A DNA stretch of 62,877 nt, filler included, from Octopus bimaculoides (GCF_001194135.2; 5 parts of 5 records of this genome joined end to end with filler, not necessarily neighbours in it); one strand, 5' to 3'; positions 23,031 to 36,629 are shown, counted from the first letter of the whole stretch. The notes: generated from the sequence alone by a model not told the origin. Numbers and translations: made by a program.

Positions 23031-23589
23031 TGAACTTTTAATGAACTTCAACACATAAGTTTGCTTTTTTTCGAAGATACCTTAGTGGTTGGTTGCACTA
23101 TAGGCCTTCCATTGTGGTGGTGGTAATGGTGGTTTTATAGCTAGTCACCGTTTTGGTGGTGGTGATGGTGATAACGATAGTGATGATGACAACGATGGTG
23201 ATGGTAGTAGTGGTGATGGTGGTGACGATGTTGGTGATGATGGTGGTTGTTGTAGTGATAATGAGGATGCTGCTGATGAATGTTTTTGACTTGTAAAACA
23301 TATTTCTTGAAGTAAATGTTTTCCCTTTTCTTAGAATTCAGAAAACATATACATTGAGTAGTAATGAGTCTTGTGTTCTGTTTATTTTATTCAACTTATT
23401 TTCGATTGAATATATTTTTGATTACTTAAAAATTGGAATTTTGGAACATAAAAGTTTTTTTACAACTGTGATTTCTGTTTTTGTTTACCTGAAATTAAAA
23501 ACAAAAAATTCAAGAGATTTGGTTGTTATTTCTAGCATGTGGAGAGATCTTCGGGGCTTAACTTCATGTGCTGGTTGAAAATCACTAAA

Positions 23590-23915
23590 AAGAATTCTGG
23601 GGTCGATACATTTGACTATAAAAATTCATCAAGGCTAAACCCCAGTATGGTCACAATCTAATGCTTTAACAAGCACAAAGAAAAGAAATGAAATATATCA
23701 CAGAAGTGGTTTTGATCAGGCTTAAAAATAGAATTCTGGGTTCCATACAGCCATCTAAAAATTCTTCAAGGTGGTGCCCCTAATGACTGCAACAAGTAAA
23801 AATTTTCTTAAATTCTGGTAACGATACGATACATTCGACTAAAAATTCTGAGGTTGATACGTTCAACTAGCATAGCCACAGTCTAATGACTGAAACAAGT
23901 AAAAGGTGAAAAAAA
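23590..23915 (+). mobile_element. Cluster of degraded SINE family B 3' tails
   Basis: Repeated GGGGTCGATAC..GACT(A)AAA..GTCTAATGACTGAAACAAGTAAAA pieces. Confidence 0.6.
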
Positions 23916-24131
23916 AACAAAAAACAAAAAAAAGAAAATTGGAAAATATAACTGTAGGGCTTTTGTCCACTTTCATACTTTAACTATTGGGCTTTTGTCT
24001 GAGGGGCTTTACTCCTACACTCAAATGATACTGTGTGGATCTATACATAAATTAACAAATAATAATAGTAAGTATAATTAGTGTTGTAAAATGAGGTTTA
24101 TATGTGTGCTTGGTTGGAAACAAGAGTTGCT

Positions 24132-24166
<35 letters not shown>

Positions 24167-24419
24167 TTTCATTTTATTCTTTCATTTTAGTCTATTTTCC
24201 TATTATTGCCCTTTCTGATACAAGCCCTTATTTCCTTTTCCAAGTAAAGGATAACATATTTTACTGATTTCATTGATCTAAGAAATGTATACAAACATGT
24301 ATGCATGCACACACATTCACACACTTGCACATGCATATACACTTATGTATATTATGCACATCCATAGGTATATATAGATATGCAACAACAATGCATGACT
24401 GAATATGTGTGTGTGTGTA

Positions 24420-24632
24420 GTGGGGGTAAGTCAAGGTAGAAAATGCTAAAATAATTTTATAAAAAATATTTCAGTACCAGTTTCAGTCATTGAGACTTTT
24501 TCAACTGTAAGTATGGAAAAGAATCAAATTTTAGAAAAATTAAAAGAAAAGTTTTTTAAAAGAATATTTGCATAGTATTCAAATACATGGGGTATTTTCC
24601 TTGTTTCTGCCTCTCTCTGTCTCTCTTGTTTA
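24420..24632 (-). mobile_element. Hammerhead-bearing dispersed repeat (family 1), copy 2
   Basis: Reverse complement of 1-210; minus-strand TTACAG-TTGAAAA-AGTC tcaat GACT-GAAAC TG GTA-CTGAAA at 24467-24510. Confidence 0.7.
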
Positions 24633-24662
24633 CTCTTGTGGGTTGGAGGTCATTGTGAATTC

Positions 24663-24810
24663 TTGACAGGGGAGGAGGAGGAGGAAGAAGAAGAAGAAGA
24701 AGAAGAAGAAGAAGAAGAAGAAGAAGAAGAAGAAGAAGAAGAAGAAGAAGGAAAAGAAGAAAGAGAAGAAGAAAAAGAAGAAGAAGGAAAAGAAGAAGAA
24801 GAAGAAGAGT
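24663..24810. repeat. (GAA)n microsatellite
   Basis: Direct reading. Confidence 0.95.
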
Positions 24811-25199
24811 AGTATATCTATTGTTTCCTCTACTATAGCCCTAATTCTAGAAAATTTCATCTCTCTCTTTCTCTTTATTTGTTTTGTTACCCACTATATA
24901 TATTTGACATCACCTTTAACCAGGGAATAGGGCATTTGTGATGTTTTGTGCCCTCTCAACCCATCTTCACCACTTGTACTGGAAGTCTTTCTTTTCTAAC
25001 CTCTACCAGAAGTCTTTCTCCTAGCACCTCTAATGGTTACCTATATGGAACACTCTCTTCAACTTCCATCCCTATCTAGTCACTATTTCCTGATAATTGT
25101 AGAGAATGTGAAGCGAATAAAATAGCAGTAAAGTGTATGCAGGTTGAAACCTATTTGTACTTATTTGATGTTTGCCAAACGTACATGTGAGCTTTCTTT

Positions 25200-27725
25200 T
25201 CAGATGCAAAATGCTGTCCCCCATCCCTGTGTCTCCCTGGCCCACACCTTCCATACCCTCAGAGTTGACAAACTTAATGTGGACACATTGAAAGGTAGGT
25301 CTGGTGAAATTTTTGACATGCTTGAACAGAGGTGCATAGATTTGTGCTGCATCCAAGAAGTAAGGTGGAGAGAAGGTTCTGCTAGATTCCTCACAGGCAA
25401 AGAGCATAAGTATAAGATTTTCTGGGTAGGGAACAATGATAAGGTAGGGGTTGTGGACATACTCCTTACAGAGAAATGGGTTGATAAAGTAAGTGAGGTA
25501 GTCAGAGTTTGTGAGAGAATACTTAAGCTTAGACTAGTGCTGCAATATGGAACAGCAACCATTATCTTGGCCTATGCCCCTCAGCCAGGTCTACCTGACA
25601 AGCAGAAAGACCGATTTTATGACACCCTCTTGCAGACTACCTTGTCAACGAACAACAAGGACCTTCTCTTTGTGGCTGCTGACTTCAATGGGCATGCTGA
25701 ACAATATCCAGGTATCTTCCATTGTGTGCATTGTGGCAACAGATTTGGCTCCTGCAACAAGGAGAGAACCAGGCTGCTGGAGTTCTGTGATGCAAATGAC
25801 CTTATGATCTGAAATACTAACCTCATCTGTTTATCTATCAGTCCGGTGGGCACATTAGTCAGATTGACTACATTATTGCCAGGAAACAGGAAAGATGGCT
25901 GCTTATAAATGCCAAAACTTTCCCAGGTGAAGAATGCCCCCCCCCCAAACATAGGTTAGTTGTTAATGATTTCAGGATCAGGGCTAAATGGCTTCCAAGA
26001 AGACAACCAGTGTGGAAAAGAAAGGTCTGGAATCTTAAGGACAGAAATTTAGAAACATATTATTTTAAGCATGTGATGAAAAAGAGGAGGATATAGTGAT
26101 ATAAAACATGGAGGACAACTAGAGGTTTCTATGGGACAACCTGTTGAGGGCTACCGACCAGATCTGTGGCTGGTGCAAAATCTCCTCTCAACCTAAGGTA
26201 ACATGGTGGTGGAACAATGTAGTTGACAGGGCTATTAGGGAAAAGAAACAGGCCTGGAAGGACTGGAACTGTGGTGGTAGCAGGGAACTGTATCAGAAGC
26301 CAGAAGGGAAGCCAGGAGACATGTATACTTAGCCAGTGGGTAAGCAGAAAAGAAGAAGTTTACCAATGTTCTGTGATGTGAGGATTAGAGACTTGAAATG
26401 TTTTGGATTGCAAGACAGTGTGTGAGAGAAAATCGTGATGTCATAAGAGAGAAATGTGTCTGCATGGATGATGGTTCACTTGCATTTAATGATTCTGCAA
26501 ATAAAGAGATTATGAAAGGCTGCTAAATGTGGAGAATGAATGGGAGAAGGAGAGTCTGCCAAATGTTGACCTAACTGAGGGACCAGATATTTGAATCAAT
26601 AGTGCATTGGTAGATAAAGCAATTAAGGATATGAAGATAGGGAAAGCCCCCAGCCTATCAGGAATCACTGCTGATATGCTTAAAATATCTGGTGGAGTAG
26701 GATATAGCCTAGTCACCTATATAATTAATCAGGCTGTCCACGAGGGAGTCATACCAAACAATTAGTGTAGCAGCATTATAGTCAACTGCTACAAAGGCAA
26801 AGGTAACACCTTAGACAGAAACAGTTACAGAGGTATCAAATTGCTGGATCAAGTGATAAAAGTTACAGGGAGGGTCATAGACCAACTAATTAGGGAGAGA
26901 ATTAGTGTAGATGAGATGCAGTTCAGATTTGTGCCAGGCAGGAGCATGACTGATGCTATATTTCTGGTTAGGCAACTACAAGAAAAATATCTAGCTAAAA
27001 ATAAACCCCTGTGCCTGGCTTTTGTCAATAAGAAGAAAGCCTTTGACAGAGTCCCCTGTTCCCTTATCTGGTGATCAATGTGGAAGCTAGGGATAAATGA
27101 ATGGTTGGTGAGAGCTGTACAAGCCATGTACAGGGATGAAGGTTAGCAATGAGTATAATGGTGAATTTAAGGTACAAGTAGGGGTTCACCAATGATCAGT
27201 CCTCAACCCTCTCTTGTTCATCATAGTCATCCAAGCAATAACAGAGAAATTTAAGATGGGCTGCCCCTAGGAGCTCCTCTATGCTTATGACCTTGTTCTT
27301 ATAGCTGAATCACTACCAGAACTCCATCACATGCCAGAGGGAAAAACTATAAGTAGTCGATAGCTTCCATTACCTAGGTGACCAAGTCAGTAGTGGGTGT
27401 GGATGCTCCAAAAGCATAGTCTGCTAGAATAAGATTAGGCTGGGCAAAGTTCAGAGAGCTCCTACCTCTGCTGGCAACAAAGGGCCTCGCGCTCAGAGTG
27501 AAAGGCCAACAGTATGATGCCTGTGTGTGAACAGCCATACTACACGGCAGTGAAACATAAGCTGTGACTTCTGAAGACATGCATAGGTTCATAAGAAATG
27601 AAGCAAGTATGCTTTGCTGGATGTGTAATGTCAGTGTGCATGTAGAACAGAGTGTAGTATCATGAGAGAAAAGTTGGGCATAAGAGCCATCAGATGTGGT
27701 GTGCAAAAGAGATGACTGGTGGCAG
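25200..27725 (+). mobile_element. RTE-clade LINE (APE + RT), degenerate
   Basis: APE: LNVDTL..LCCIQEVRW..AYAPQ..AADFNGH. RT: GKAP..YRGIKLL..MQFRFVPGRSMTDAIF..KAFDRVP..LLYAYDLVL. Confidence 0.92.
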
Positions 27726-28059
27726 ATGTTGGGCCTCACAGAGGCAATAACAAGTGACCAAGACTGATATGCCATGCTTGAGAAAACCTATCAAGCCAAA
27801 TGAGATCGTAGTCATGGCCAAGGCCAGTGTCGTATAACTGGCACATAAAAAGCACACTTCGAACGTTTGGCAATATGCTGTACTTGAGAAAACCTGTCAA
27901 ACCAAGTGAAATCACGGTCATGGTCATGGTTAAAGCAAGTGCTGCTGTCTGTGCTGCAACAATTGGTGTTGCTACTACTATTGTTATTGTTATTTTCACC
28001 ACCACATTGGTCGTCTGCCTTTGTTGGCACAGTTGCTGTTTTTGTTGTTGTTGTGGTGG

Positions 28060-28620
28060 TGGTGTTGGCAAAAGTGTAGGGCTCCCTTCTCTCTTTTGTT
28101 GCAGGCAGAAAACCTTTAGATGATTTGTGTCCCTGTACAGGTGACATCTCAGGTTTCTACCCTCAACAGCCACATGAAGATTGGTGCCATCAAGTAGATT
28201 TATGATATCTTGAATTGTTTCCACACCTTGGCTGTCCCTCTGCACCTACAACTCCTGGCCTCGCCCCAACCAGTTTTGTTTGTACAGTTTCTGCACCTGT
28301 AAGATGCTTGTTTGATCCTTTATGTCCAGGAGGATAGCTGCCACCAACCAGAAGATGTTTATTTTTGGTGGTATATCTGCAATTTTCACTTTTGCCACTC
28401 AATGACCTAGGTATATGGGTACCAGGAAAAGGTTTCTGTTTTACAATATCAAAGTGGAGTGCTTCCTTGCTCTGCTTCTGTGGAAAATTTCAATTCTACA
28501 GTACCATACCTTTTCCCTCTTGCAATGTAGGTTTTAATGTCCCACACTAGATGTAAACATTTTTCAACTTGAGCTTATGTTGCTCGTTCTACCTTATGAT
28601 TTTTGATGCCTATTATTTTA
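28060..28620 (-). mobile_element. Possible LINE ORF1 remnant with decayed zinc knuckle
   Basis: Minus strand VAKVKIADIPPKINIFWLVAAILL..LHVAVEGRNLRCHLYRDTNHLKVFC; family assignment uncertain. Confidence 0.35.
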
Positions 28621-29147
28621 TAGATTATCATCTTTTTAAGTGTCCTGCGCAATATCTTCTGGAGTGTTCAGGGTTACACTTCTTCCATTTCTTTTAATAA
28701 TGGTTTTGCTTGTTTTAAATCTTCAGCATATTCATATTTTGTTCGTATTTGTATATTGTTCTGATTGCTCCACTGCAGATGCGAAAGCAACTGTGGTGGC
28801 ATTAATGATGGTAGTGTTGGTGCTGGTCGTGGCTGTTGTTGTTGTTATTGTTGTTATTGTTGCTCTGGCTGTTGTTATTGTAGCAGTGGTGGTAGCAGTG
28901 CTGCTCTTCCCCTCCACTCCCTCCTTCATGCCTCTGGTGTTAATGGTGGTGATGTTGTTGCTGCTGTTATTGCTTTTCTTACTCTCTCTCTCAACCACAT
29001 TAGGTAACAGAGGGAATGGAATGTTGAAAAGGGTGTTACAACAAATGTTGTCCCCACTCAATTTGAGAAGCCATATTGTAAATTTTTCAAAATATTGAAT
29101 TTTGAGTTACTAGAACTCAGTATTTTGAAAACAAATTTTGTGTTATT

Positions 29148-30030
29148 CATCATCATCATCATCATCGTTTAACGTCCGCTTTCCATGCTAGCATGGGTTG
29201 GACGACTTGACTGAGGACTGGTGAAACCGGATGGCAACACCAGGCTCCAATCTAAATTTGGCAGAGTTTCTACAGCTGGATGCCCTTCCTAACGCCAACC
29301 ACTCAGAGAGTGTACTAGGTGCTTTTACGTGTCACCTGCACGAAGGCCAGTCAGGCGATACTGGCAACGGCCACGCTCGAAATGGTGTCTTTTATGTGCC
29401 NNNNNNNNNNNNNNNNNNNNNNNNNNNNNNNNNNNNNNNNNNNNNNNNNNNNNNNNNNNNNNNNNNNNNNNNNNNNNNNNNNNNNNNNNNNNNNNNNNNN
29501 NNNNNNNNNNNNNNNNNNNNNNNNNNNNNNNNNNNNNNNNNNNNNNNNNNNNNNNNNNNNNNNNNNNNNNNNNNNNNNNNNNNNNNNNNNNNNNNNNNNN
29601 NNNNNNNNNNNNNNNNNNNNNNNNNNNNNNNNNNNNNNNNNNNNNNNNNNNNNNNNNNNNNNNNNNNNNNNNNNNNNNNNNNNNNNNNNNNNNNNNNNNN
29701 NNNNNNNNNNNNNNNNNNNNNNNNNNNNNNNNNNNNNNNNNNNNNNNNNNNNNNNNNNNNNNNNNNNNNNNNNNNNNNNNNNNNNNNNNNTGGCACTTTT
29801 TCACGCAGCTATCCTCATCCATTCTCACCACATGTCCATACCAGCGCAATTGTCTCTCTTGCACACCACAACTGATACTTCTAATGTTCAGCTCTTCTCT
29901 CAAGATACTTACACTCTGACGGGTATTCACATTGACATTACACATCCAACGGAGCATACTGGCTTCATTCCTTGCGAGCTTACGTATGTCCTCAGCAGTT
30001 ACAGCCCATGTTTCACTGCCATGTAGCATG
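29148..30030 (-). mobile_element. RTE LINE 3' end (ORF C-terminus, 3'UTR, (GAT)n tail), gapped
   Basis: MLHGSETWAV..RNEASMLRWMC..LRWYGHVVRM; tail appears as (CAT)n on +. Confidence 0.88.
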
Positions 30031-30779
30031 GCTGTTCATCAAAATTCACCCTCTAGAGGCGAATTTTTGCCACCCCACCTAGCCCTGCTTGTGGCAAGCT
30101 GAGTTATCAAGATGACAGTTCAATAAAATTACAAATTGCAACAGTAATCACAACAGTAAAATTACAAACAGTAAAATTACAAACAGTAAAACCACAAATT
30201 TTAAGAAAAATTTACAGAACTCTGAATGCACAGCTGCCAGCTCCAGACACAAATAATATTGTCTTGGTATAAAAGGTGGGCTATAGCAAATATTCTGCTC
30301 AATATCACAGATTTTCTTGTCAGTTACTTGACATTTCCAGTTGAGCATGTCCCTAAGTGGCTGATGATATGTGCAATCCTGATCAGGAGCTGAAGTAGCG
30401 GGGGAGCATCATAGCCATGTGTTGAGAGGAATTCTTTGGGGTTTGGATAATTCACCTCTGGAAACATGGGTGTTTCATTCAACATCTTTAAACAACCCTT
30501 ATTCAAGGACCTTTTGAGTTGGATGGGCTACTCAACCTGAAGAAAATCATAATTGGGCCCATGGTTATGCACTGTTAATTTTGATATGAGATCACTATAT
30601 TGTGCACATATGATTGTGATGCATGTGCTCGGTGTACCTTATCAGATGGGTAGTCATGATGGGTATTCTTGGCTTCATATATTTTACCCCAGTGTCACTT
30701 TGATGGCATGCACTGCTCTCTCATTCAATAATAATGATAATAATATGGAGCCCTGGTAGTGTATATCAATATATGAAAG

Positions 30780-31102
30780 CTGATATCAACTGGCTGTATG
30801 ACAATGTATGGAGCCCACCGTCAAAAAGTTGATATCACCAGCTGTACTGGAGTTTAAAAAATGTAAGATTTTGAGGGATTTTCCTGTTCAAATGGACAAG
30901 AAGTTAGAAAATAATAGACTGGACATAACAATTATAGATAAGGAAAAGCGATGTTGCTTACTAATTGACCCATCATGTTCATTTGATTCCAGGATCAAAG
31001 AAAAAGTGGATGAAAACAAAAAAAAAATACAATCCCTTAAAATTTGAAGTGGGAAGAATTTAGTGTATGAGAACTGTCAAGGTCATGCCTATAATAATTG
31101 GT
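30780..31102 (+). mobile_element. R4/Dong-type restriction-like endonuclease remnant
   Basis: KILRDFPVQMDKKLENNRLDITIIDKEKRCCLLIDPSC..VKVMPIIIG. Confidence 0.8.
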
Positions 31103-31340
31103 GTGGAGGCACAATAGTCCAGTGGTTAGGGCAGCAGACTCATAGTCATAGGATCGTGGTTTCAATTCCCAGACCGGGTGTTGTGAGTGTTTATTGAGCG
31201 AAAACACCTAAACCTCCACAAGGCTCTGGCAGAGGGTGGTGGTGAACCCTGCTGTACTCTTTCACCACAACTTTCTCTCACTCTTTCTTCCTGTTTCTGC
31301 TGTACCTGTATTTCAAAGGGCCAGCCTTTTCACACTCTGT
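31103..31340 (+). mobile_element. SINE family A, 3'-truncated
   Basis: GGAGGCACAATAGTCCAGTGGTTAGGGCAG head; similarity ends near CAGCCTTTTCACACT. Confidence 0.85.
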
Positions 31341-32863
31341 ATTTCTAACAGAAACATTTCCCTCAAAAACTTCTCCCATCTTCTCTCTCCCATAAGCTAG
31401 ACCCAACCTATCTGCCACCAGCAGCTTCTTTAAACAAATCAGACAGCTTGTAAACACATTAGAATTATGTTTTGGTGCACATATATGACTTGTTGGCCAA
31501 GTTAATCCCCTACGCTAATGACATAGCAAACCAAAACCAATCCTCATCCCCTTCCACCCCACAGAATGTCTCCTTGATATAGATAACAGCAGCAAAACTA
31601 GCAGGCTGAACACTACCAGTCCATTTTCTAAGGTCATAGAAAATAGTGACAATGGTTACCTCACCAGCACTGTCACTACAGGGATAAAAAAATAAAAAGA
31701 TAAAAAAATACAACAGCAGCAAAAACAATCATAGAAAGAAGAGCTACAATGACAACAAAACCACTATGACTACAAGAAATAGCAAAAATAGCCAGATCTT
31801 TGAAAATAATAAGACAATAACACCAAAAGGAACAATACAGTTTACAACAGTGCTACCACCACCACTGACAGTAACAATACAAGCAAATAATATTAATACT
31901 AATAATAATATGCCCTAGATATTGCATGAAACTTCATCTGGTTGCAGTGTCTCAATGTGGGAAGAATAAGGTTACTCTAAACCACAACTACTTTCAGGTC
32001 ACCATTGGGCAAAGTGTAGTACCTGTAAGCCCACCCCAGGACCTTGAAATACCAAATTGGTGTCTGGGAAGGTTAAGTCTGTCCCATGGGATGAGGGTGT
32101 CAGCAATCCCTCTAGAGATGGTGTCTCCATAAAAACACCAGTAGTTGTGTCACTTTATCACCAGAATCCTCATGAATGAAAATGTCAAATACAATGTATT
32201 AAACAATGATATGAGTGAGGCTAGAACTGAAAACAATATATACAAGGGTAGGTGTGAACTCTCTGAGCCTTGGTTAGCAACCCACTAGTGGTGATGTCAT
32301 GATGAAAATACTGTGGTTGCAGAACCTTACAAATGTTAACTTAAATGAGTGATGTCAAAATCAAATAATAATCACAACAGTGCTAACGGGGCCAGAACTA
32401 TTAACAGTAAAGGTGTCATGCATGGCAAGCAAGGAGTGTCTGATCAAGCCCTAGCAGGTCATCATCAAGCCACTGATCAGGACCAGAATCGAAGTCAAAA
32501 GTGCAAAGAGAATAAAATGAAATGGGGAAAAAGTGGTAAACAAAATCATAATTGAATGCTGGCTGAGAAGTGAACCAAATTAAAGAGGCTTCATGAAAAG
32601 AATGAAGAGAATAAGGAATGAAAAAAGAGTTTTTGAAGCACCAGCGCAGTGATCAATAGACCAGGTCAATTTGTATGAACTGGGTTACTGGATTACAGGA
32701 TTAGAGGTTGAAGAAATTCGGAGAAGAATAAACAAAAAATAGCAGGAAGAGCAGAAAGTGGTAACGAAGGGGTAAAAGGTGAAAAATATGAAAAAAGAAG
32801 GAAATTACTATGTGCCTAAGATTGCTGATAAAGTAACCACTGAAGATGATCTAGTTGGACAAG

Positions 32864-33614
32864 TGTGGTATGACGTCAGTGACTGGGGAGCTGACCAGAA
32901 GGGCGAGTTGACCAGAAGAGGAAGAAGGGCAGAGGGAACCTCGATTGAGATTTCGTGCCCTTTTCGAACGGGGTCATGGTCAGGAGAGGACGTGCTAAGC
33001 GACGGTCTAGGTTTGGGAGAAGCAGCTGCTATTCCTAGTGTTCTTCAGGTCGGGGCAAGCTTCGAGGATCGGATACCGCAAGAGAGACTCGCAGTCGACG
33101 AAAGGAAAACCGAGGTAAGGCGTTTACATCTACTCGCACACATACACCACAAGCTATTTCGGCCCCACGTGTAGAAATTCGCCGCAATAGCAGCCAAGAT
33201 TAGAATCACCAGCGATGTGATCAGGCCTTTTAATGGCAAGGGAGATGTGATGGCCTGGATGTGAAAGATCAGGCTCGTGGCGAAGCTGCAAAGGATAAGT
33301 GATGTGGCGAGTCTCATGGCGCTATACTTGGAAGGGAGCGCCCTGACTCTGTATTTAGAAATGGACGAGTAAGAGAGGTTAAGTGCGGAGAAGATTGAAC
33401 AGAGATTGAGAGAAACGTATACAGAGAGCGATTACGCTGCCTTCGTTAAACTGGGAACTGTTAGATGGGGAAGGGGGGGGGGAGAACAGGTGGATGAGTA
33501 CGCGGCGGAAGTGTGTAGACTGGCCACGCTGGCTGGGTTTACGGGAGAAGGCCTGGACAGAGCGGCACAGCTGGCGTTTGTGAATGGATTCCCTGACGAC
33601 GTAGGGATTTGATT
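32864..33614 (+). mobile_element. Gypsy-type LTR (32864-33151) plus gag remnant, cut by a gap
   Basis: LTR ends TGTGGTATG...CATACACCACA (inverted termini), then IRPFNGKGDVMAW..LYLEGSAL..VDEYAAEVCRLA..LAFVNGFPD. Confidence 0.75.
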
Positions 33615-33714
33615 NNNNNNNNNNNNNNNNNNNNNNNNNNNNNNNNNNNNNNNNNNNNTTAATTAATTAANNNNNNNNNNNNNNNNNNNNNNNNNNNNNN
33701 NNNNNNNNNNNNNN

Positions 33715-33759
<45 letters not shown>

Positions 33760-34703
33760 GCGAGAGAGTTAGGGGTTGAGGGTTCAAAACACAAATATAT
33801 ACATACATATATAACATGCGTGCGCACACTCACACACACACATACACACATACAAATAGGAGACTGTTACCCAAAATTGATAGATACTTTTGAAAGCATA
33901 CTTTTGCTAGTATTGGTAATAACAGGAAATATGGTGCATACGTAGAATAATTTTCAATTTTTTCAGGAACAGCTAACCCTGAACTACATTATTCCATCTA
34001 TCCTTCTTTTTTTTTTTTCAAAGAGTGTAATGCTTTATGAGAGGACTGGCCACTATTTCTAGCAACTTGAGTGACAATGTAGGGGCAGCCCCTTCACTGA
34101 CTCATTATCTATTATAGTTAAAGTGAAGCTGGAGCACTGTTATTTACACTATACTCCATTGATTGAGGTTGATGTGTGTGACAGTATATTTTTAGTTAAG
34201 GGTAGGTGAGATGGGGTGGGATGAGAGTGGGGGGCAGGGGATAAAGTTGCTAATTGTCTCTAAATGCTGGAGTAATTGTATGAGTTCTATTTGGGTCTGT
34301 CATACAATTAGCTGTGTGCATGATGCTAGTAACAATAATAATAAAACAAAAACAAAAATGTACAGATTGTAGTTTGGTCATTAAGTTGCTGTGCTAGCAT
34401 ATTTTGTTACCAATTAGCTCCAGCTGAACTCTGAATGAATGGAGCTGTGAGCAAAGGTGTTCCAGGCCTTCTAGCTGTGATCATCCGTTGTTCATTGTCT
34501 TGGTGATATGTGTAAAACTACAGTATCGAATGTGTCCTTTCCTTAATTTAAGGCAAAACTTAGTAGATATTTCCAGTTGATGACAAGATTTTGAAGATAA
34601 TCCCATGATTTATGCTTCCCAGTTGCAATGTTGGAGCTGGATGATACTGTTTTGGGGAATGAGTGTCATTTACCATAAGTTCCATATTCTATACATTGTA
34701 TAT

Positions 34704-35085
34704 GTGGAGGTGCAATGGCCCAATGGTTAGGGCAGCGGACTCGTGCTCGTAGGATCGCGGTTTCGATTCCCAGACCGGGCGTTGTGAATGCTTATTGAGC
34801 AAAAATACCTAAAGCTCCACGAGGCTCCGGCAGGGGATGGTGGCGAACCCTGCTGTACTCTTTCACCACAACTTTCTCTCACTCTTACTTCCTGTTTCTG
34901 TTGTGCCTGTAATTCAAAGGGTCAGCCTTGTCACACTGTGTCACGCTGAATATCCCCGAGAACTACGTTAAGGGTACACATGTCTGTGGAGTGCTCAGCC
35001 ACTTGCACGTTAATTTCACGAGCAGGCTGTTCCGTTGATCGGATCAACTGGAAACCTCGACGTCGTAAGCGACGGAGTGCCAACA
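34704..35085 (+). mobile_element. SINE family A, full length
   Basis: TSD ACATTGTATAT at 34693-34703 and 35086-35096. Confidence 0.92.
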
Positions 35086-35149
35086 ACATTGTATATAATC
35101 TTTTTACACACACACATACAAAATTGCATTCCTTTCTGATTCACTCTCA

Positions 35150-36095
35150 TTTAATGTAAAGTTTCATTTAATCAAGATATCCTTGGCCTGAAGAGGATAT
35201 ATTTACCACTTCTGAGGTTCTGCTGACTGTGAAACACATGTAGCCGGGATCTTATCTACTCCATTTCTTAACTCTTTTCTTATTCACACACCCGGCAACC
35301 GTGGTTGCCTACCATGAAATATAAAAAGGACTTTTTTCAGTTTATCGTATTTCGAGACACTAAAAATCCACAACCATCCATCTCAATAAACCACCATAGA
35401 TCCTGAAGGTTGTTTTTTTTTTCAATATTTACTACAGATTTCTTGAAGCTAACTTTCTTCCTATACCTCAATCTCTGGATCTTACAGTTATATATCACTT
35501 GTTCCTATTCTGCTGGAAAACTGTGTGGAAGACACGGAAATGGAGTACATGAAATTAAACTTGTTGCTTTTGCTGCTCAAACTCAGCAGCAAAAATGAGT
35601 ACATGAAACTTAACAAGTTGATTCAATAGATGTGGTGGAAAGCTCTCTTCTCCCTCTGCATCTCTTCCCTCATTTATACACCCCTTACAAAATGCGCCCT
35701 CCACACATTTTGGTTGAATTTTTGTGTCAACATGTATCCCCTAGCTACAATGTAGCCTTTAATCCAATCAAGATATTCTTGGCCCGAAGAGTAGCCAGAA
35801 GTATGCAGTTCACTTGGATATTTACCACTTCTGAGGTTCCACTTGCTATGAATCATATGTATCCCAGATCTTATCTACTCAATTCTGTCATACTTACATT
35901 CTTTTTCGCACACCTGGCAATGTTGCTAGGTGTGAAATATAAAAGAAACTTTTTTCAGCTTATTGTACTTTAATATGAAAATATCCACAACCACACGTCT
36001 CAGTAAACCACTAATGTACCTGAACGTGCTTTTTATATTTACTACAGATTACTTTAAGTTAACTTTTTTCCTAAACCTTGATCCCTGGATCTTAT
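35150..36095. mobile_element. Two tandem copies of the unclassified repeat also at 14390-14812
   Basis: 35165-35500 and 35760-36095 share CAAGATAT..CTTGGCC..TATTTACCACTTCTGAGGTTC..ATCCACAACC..TATTTACTACAGATT..TGGATC. Confidence 0.7.
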
Positions 36096-36124
36096 ATGCT
36101 GTGCTTGAGAAGACCTGATAAGCT

Positions 36125-36510
36125 AAGTGAGACCATAGCCCATGGCCTATGCCAGTGGGTGTAACCAGCCCATTTATGAAGACCTATTGAGGCGAGTGAA
36201 ATCAAAATCAAAATTCCTGATGTTGCCAATACCAGTACTGCCTGATTGGAATGTCAAAAGTACATCCAAACGTGGAGTGTAACCAGGTGACTTATGAGAA
36301 CCCCTCATTTATTGGACAATGAATTTTGCTTGTGAGGACCTGTTGAGGCACGTGTAAACAAACCAAAATCATTGACGTGGTCGATGAACGTACAGCCTGA
36401 TTAGCACTCGTGCCAAGTGATCGTTGCCAGGGCCACTGACTGGCTCCCGTGCTGGTGATGCATGAAAAGCACCATTCGAGTATGATCGTTGCCAGCGTTG
36501 CCTTACCTGC
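36125..36510 (+). mobile_element. Degraded RTE-type 3'UTR repeats
   Basis: Similar to the reverse complement of 49500-49770 (AAAAGCACCATTCGAG..GATCGTTGCCAG). Confidence 0.5.
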
Positions 36511-36629
36511 ACAAGTCTATTTCTGTGATAAGAAAATATGTTTCATAGACAACACTATTAGCGAACACCAGTATATGGATTTGGACTGAGGCATGGCTTC
36601 AGTAAGTCTAAAAATATTTAATTGCTAGA

